The notes under the pieces were generated by a model, which saw nothing but the letters and a program-made list of their open reading frames with translations, was not told the DNA's origin and searched no databases. DNA of 64,000 nt, from the NCBI GenBank assembly GCA_964187785.1, contig OZ076409.1:75084001-75148000 (forward strand). Reading direction: 5' to 3'. The position numbers and the translations under genes are program-made. This stretch comes from Amphiscolops sp. MND2022 (Eukaryota). Shown here one piece after another: positions 63,166-64,000 of this stretch. Numbering within the stretch: position 1 is the first letter of the stretch; the number at the start of each line of letters is the position of its first letter.

Positions 63166-64000
63166 GTGCCGGGATTTCTATTCGATAAAGTATGTTGCGC
63201 GTGTGGGTAGGGTCCCTGGCGCGCTCTTGGGTATGGTGTTCACCAGCTAGGAAATAGGGGTCGATTTTTCGGGATCTCCTAAACTAGCCACACGATTTGG
63301 CTGAAATTTGGCACACGTACCCCCCTCGGCATGGTGAAGATGATTCCCTACTAGCGTTTTGCTCGCAAAATTTTTTTTGTTGTCCAAAATAACGGTTTTT
63401 GGGGGAAAATTTTGAATTTTTTTTAAATTTTATCTTATATCTCGCCAACGGTTTACGCTAGCGCTTCAAAACCCTGCTAAAGAAAGCTTGCAAACTGTCT
63501 CAGGAATGCGGTGTGAAATTTTCAGCTCAATCGGACTCAAACTCGGGGAGATATAGCGTTTTTCCGGAGCGGGGGGGTTTCATTTTTCTAACGGTCCAGC
63601 TTATCTTTGCCATTTTTTCGAAAATGCACTCGCCTAAAGGCCTCCCCTGGCCGGTTTTATTCCCAGCAAAACCATTTGGCCCTAAATACGGAGTTTCAGC
63701 GTTCCAGCATTCCCGGGCGAAAAGTTGTGGGACTTAGAAAAGTTCAAAAATTTTCAAAAAATTTTTTTTCCGTTTTCCGCCCTCCCCCCCTAGGGGAAAA
63801 GACCCCCCAACCAGTAATTTGAGTGAATTCATGTGGAAAGGCCTTGTTTAGAGGAGAAAAATGCCGTTTAGAACGTCTTTTTATCTTGGCTCAACGTTGA
63901 TTTATGACGTTTTGAAGGTGATGTTTGGAGGTGTAAAGCACGTGAATAGTAAACGTTATGAGTATTTATCTGATCTGAAAGCCATTGAGATGAATATGGT
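63166..64000 (+). mobile_element. Unit 41, family A subtype A1 (cut by window end)
   Basis: Head and body like units 12 and 37. Confidence 0.7.

Larger units (their letters stand above)
1..64000 (+). repeat. Heterogeneous head-to-tail array of 41 (39 complete) non-coding, Helitron-like cassettes; extends beyond both window edges
   Basis: 40 CTRG|RTG junctions, after positions 954, 2234, 3516, 4788, 5858, 7124, 8397, 10384, 13458, 14762, 16043, 17329, 18619, 19889, 21177, 22491, 23803, 25192, 26581, 27860, 29531, 30803, 32080, 34258, 35646, 37829, 39218, 41398, 43576, 46648, 49718, 51904, 54082, 55457, 56729, 58016, 59302, 60589, 61878 and 63165. All units have the same orientation and there is no intervening DNA. 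Confidence 0.95.

Noticed and set aside
31..63822. Recurrent short ORFs (MKFSAQSD..., MPFFRKC..., MLTYGRK..., ...VRGHAEACPSTT...) as protein-coding genes
   Set aside because: All are 135 aa or shorter, overlap in several frames and on both strands, recur only because the DNA repeats, and change length or frame between near-identical copies through homopolymer indels. No recognisable domain.
1..64000. True bacterial integron cassette array
   Set aside because: Cassettes carry no ORFs, junctions lack the attC RYYYAAC...GTTRRRY organisation and no integrase is present. The integron comparison is only an analogy.
1..64000. Simple satellite or higher-order repeat
   Set aside because: Unit lengths range from 1.07 to 3.07 kb across distinct families, and no repeating multi-unit order is evident.
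1..64000. rDNA, 5S, tRNA, snRNA or spliced-leader gene tandem array
   Set aside because: I recognise no such RNA sequence in the conserved segments. An Rfam/Infernal scan would be the definitive test.

Overview
The whole 64 kb is one uninterrupted, non-coding, head-to-tail array of kilobase-sized DNA cassettes, all on the + strand: 39 complete units plus 2 partial ones, separated by 40 precise junctions. I find no credible gene, RNA gene, transposase or recombinase. Junctions read CTRG|RTG (36x CTAG|GTG, 3x CTGG|GTG, 1x CTAG|ATG), with no spacer DNA and no target-site duplication. At 39 of the 40 ends a conserved box, CAACGCCCACCGTCCGT-GGGCATGCC-GA-GGCATGCCC-TTCGACGACG, lies about 43-56 nt upstream of the junction. 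The units fall into at least six size/sequence families: A ~1.27-1.31 kb (many mosaic subtypes), B ~1.39 kb, C ~2.18 kb, D ~3.07 kb, and the singletons E 1.07 kb and F 1.99 kb. Near-identical copies recur with different neighbours, and identity stops exactly at the junction, so the cassettes behave as individually mobile modules rather than a simple satellite. A 3' CTRR terminus, subterminal hairpins, no TSD and a relic bypassed 3' end all fit non-autonomous rolling-circle (Helitron-like) elements, probably in a eukaryotic genome (inference). The 5' end is GTG rather than the canonical TC, and the elements appear to insert only at each other's termini. Best hypothesis: a self-targeting, integron-like array of non-coding rolling-circle cassettes mobilised in trans. 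All alignments and folds were done by eye.
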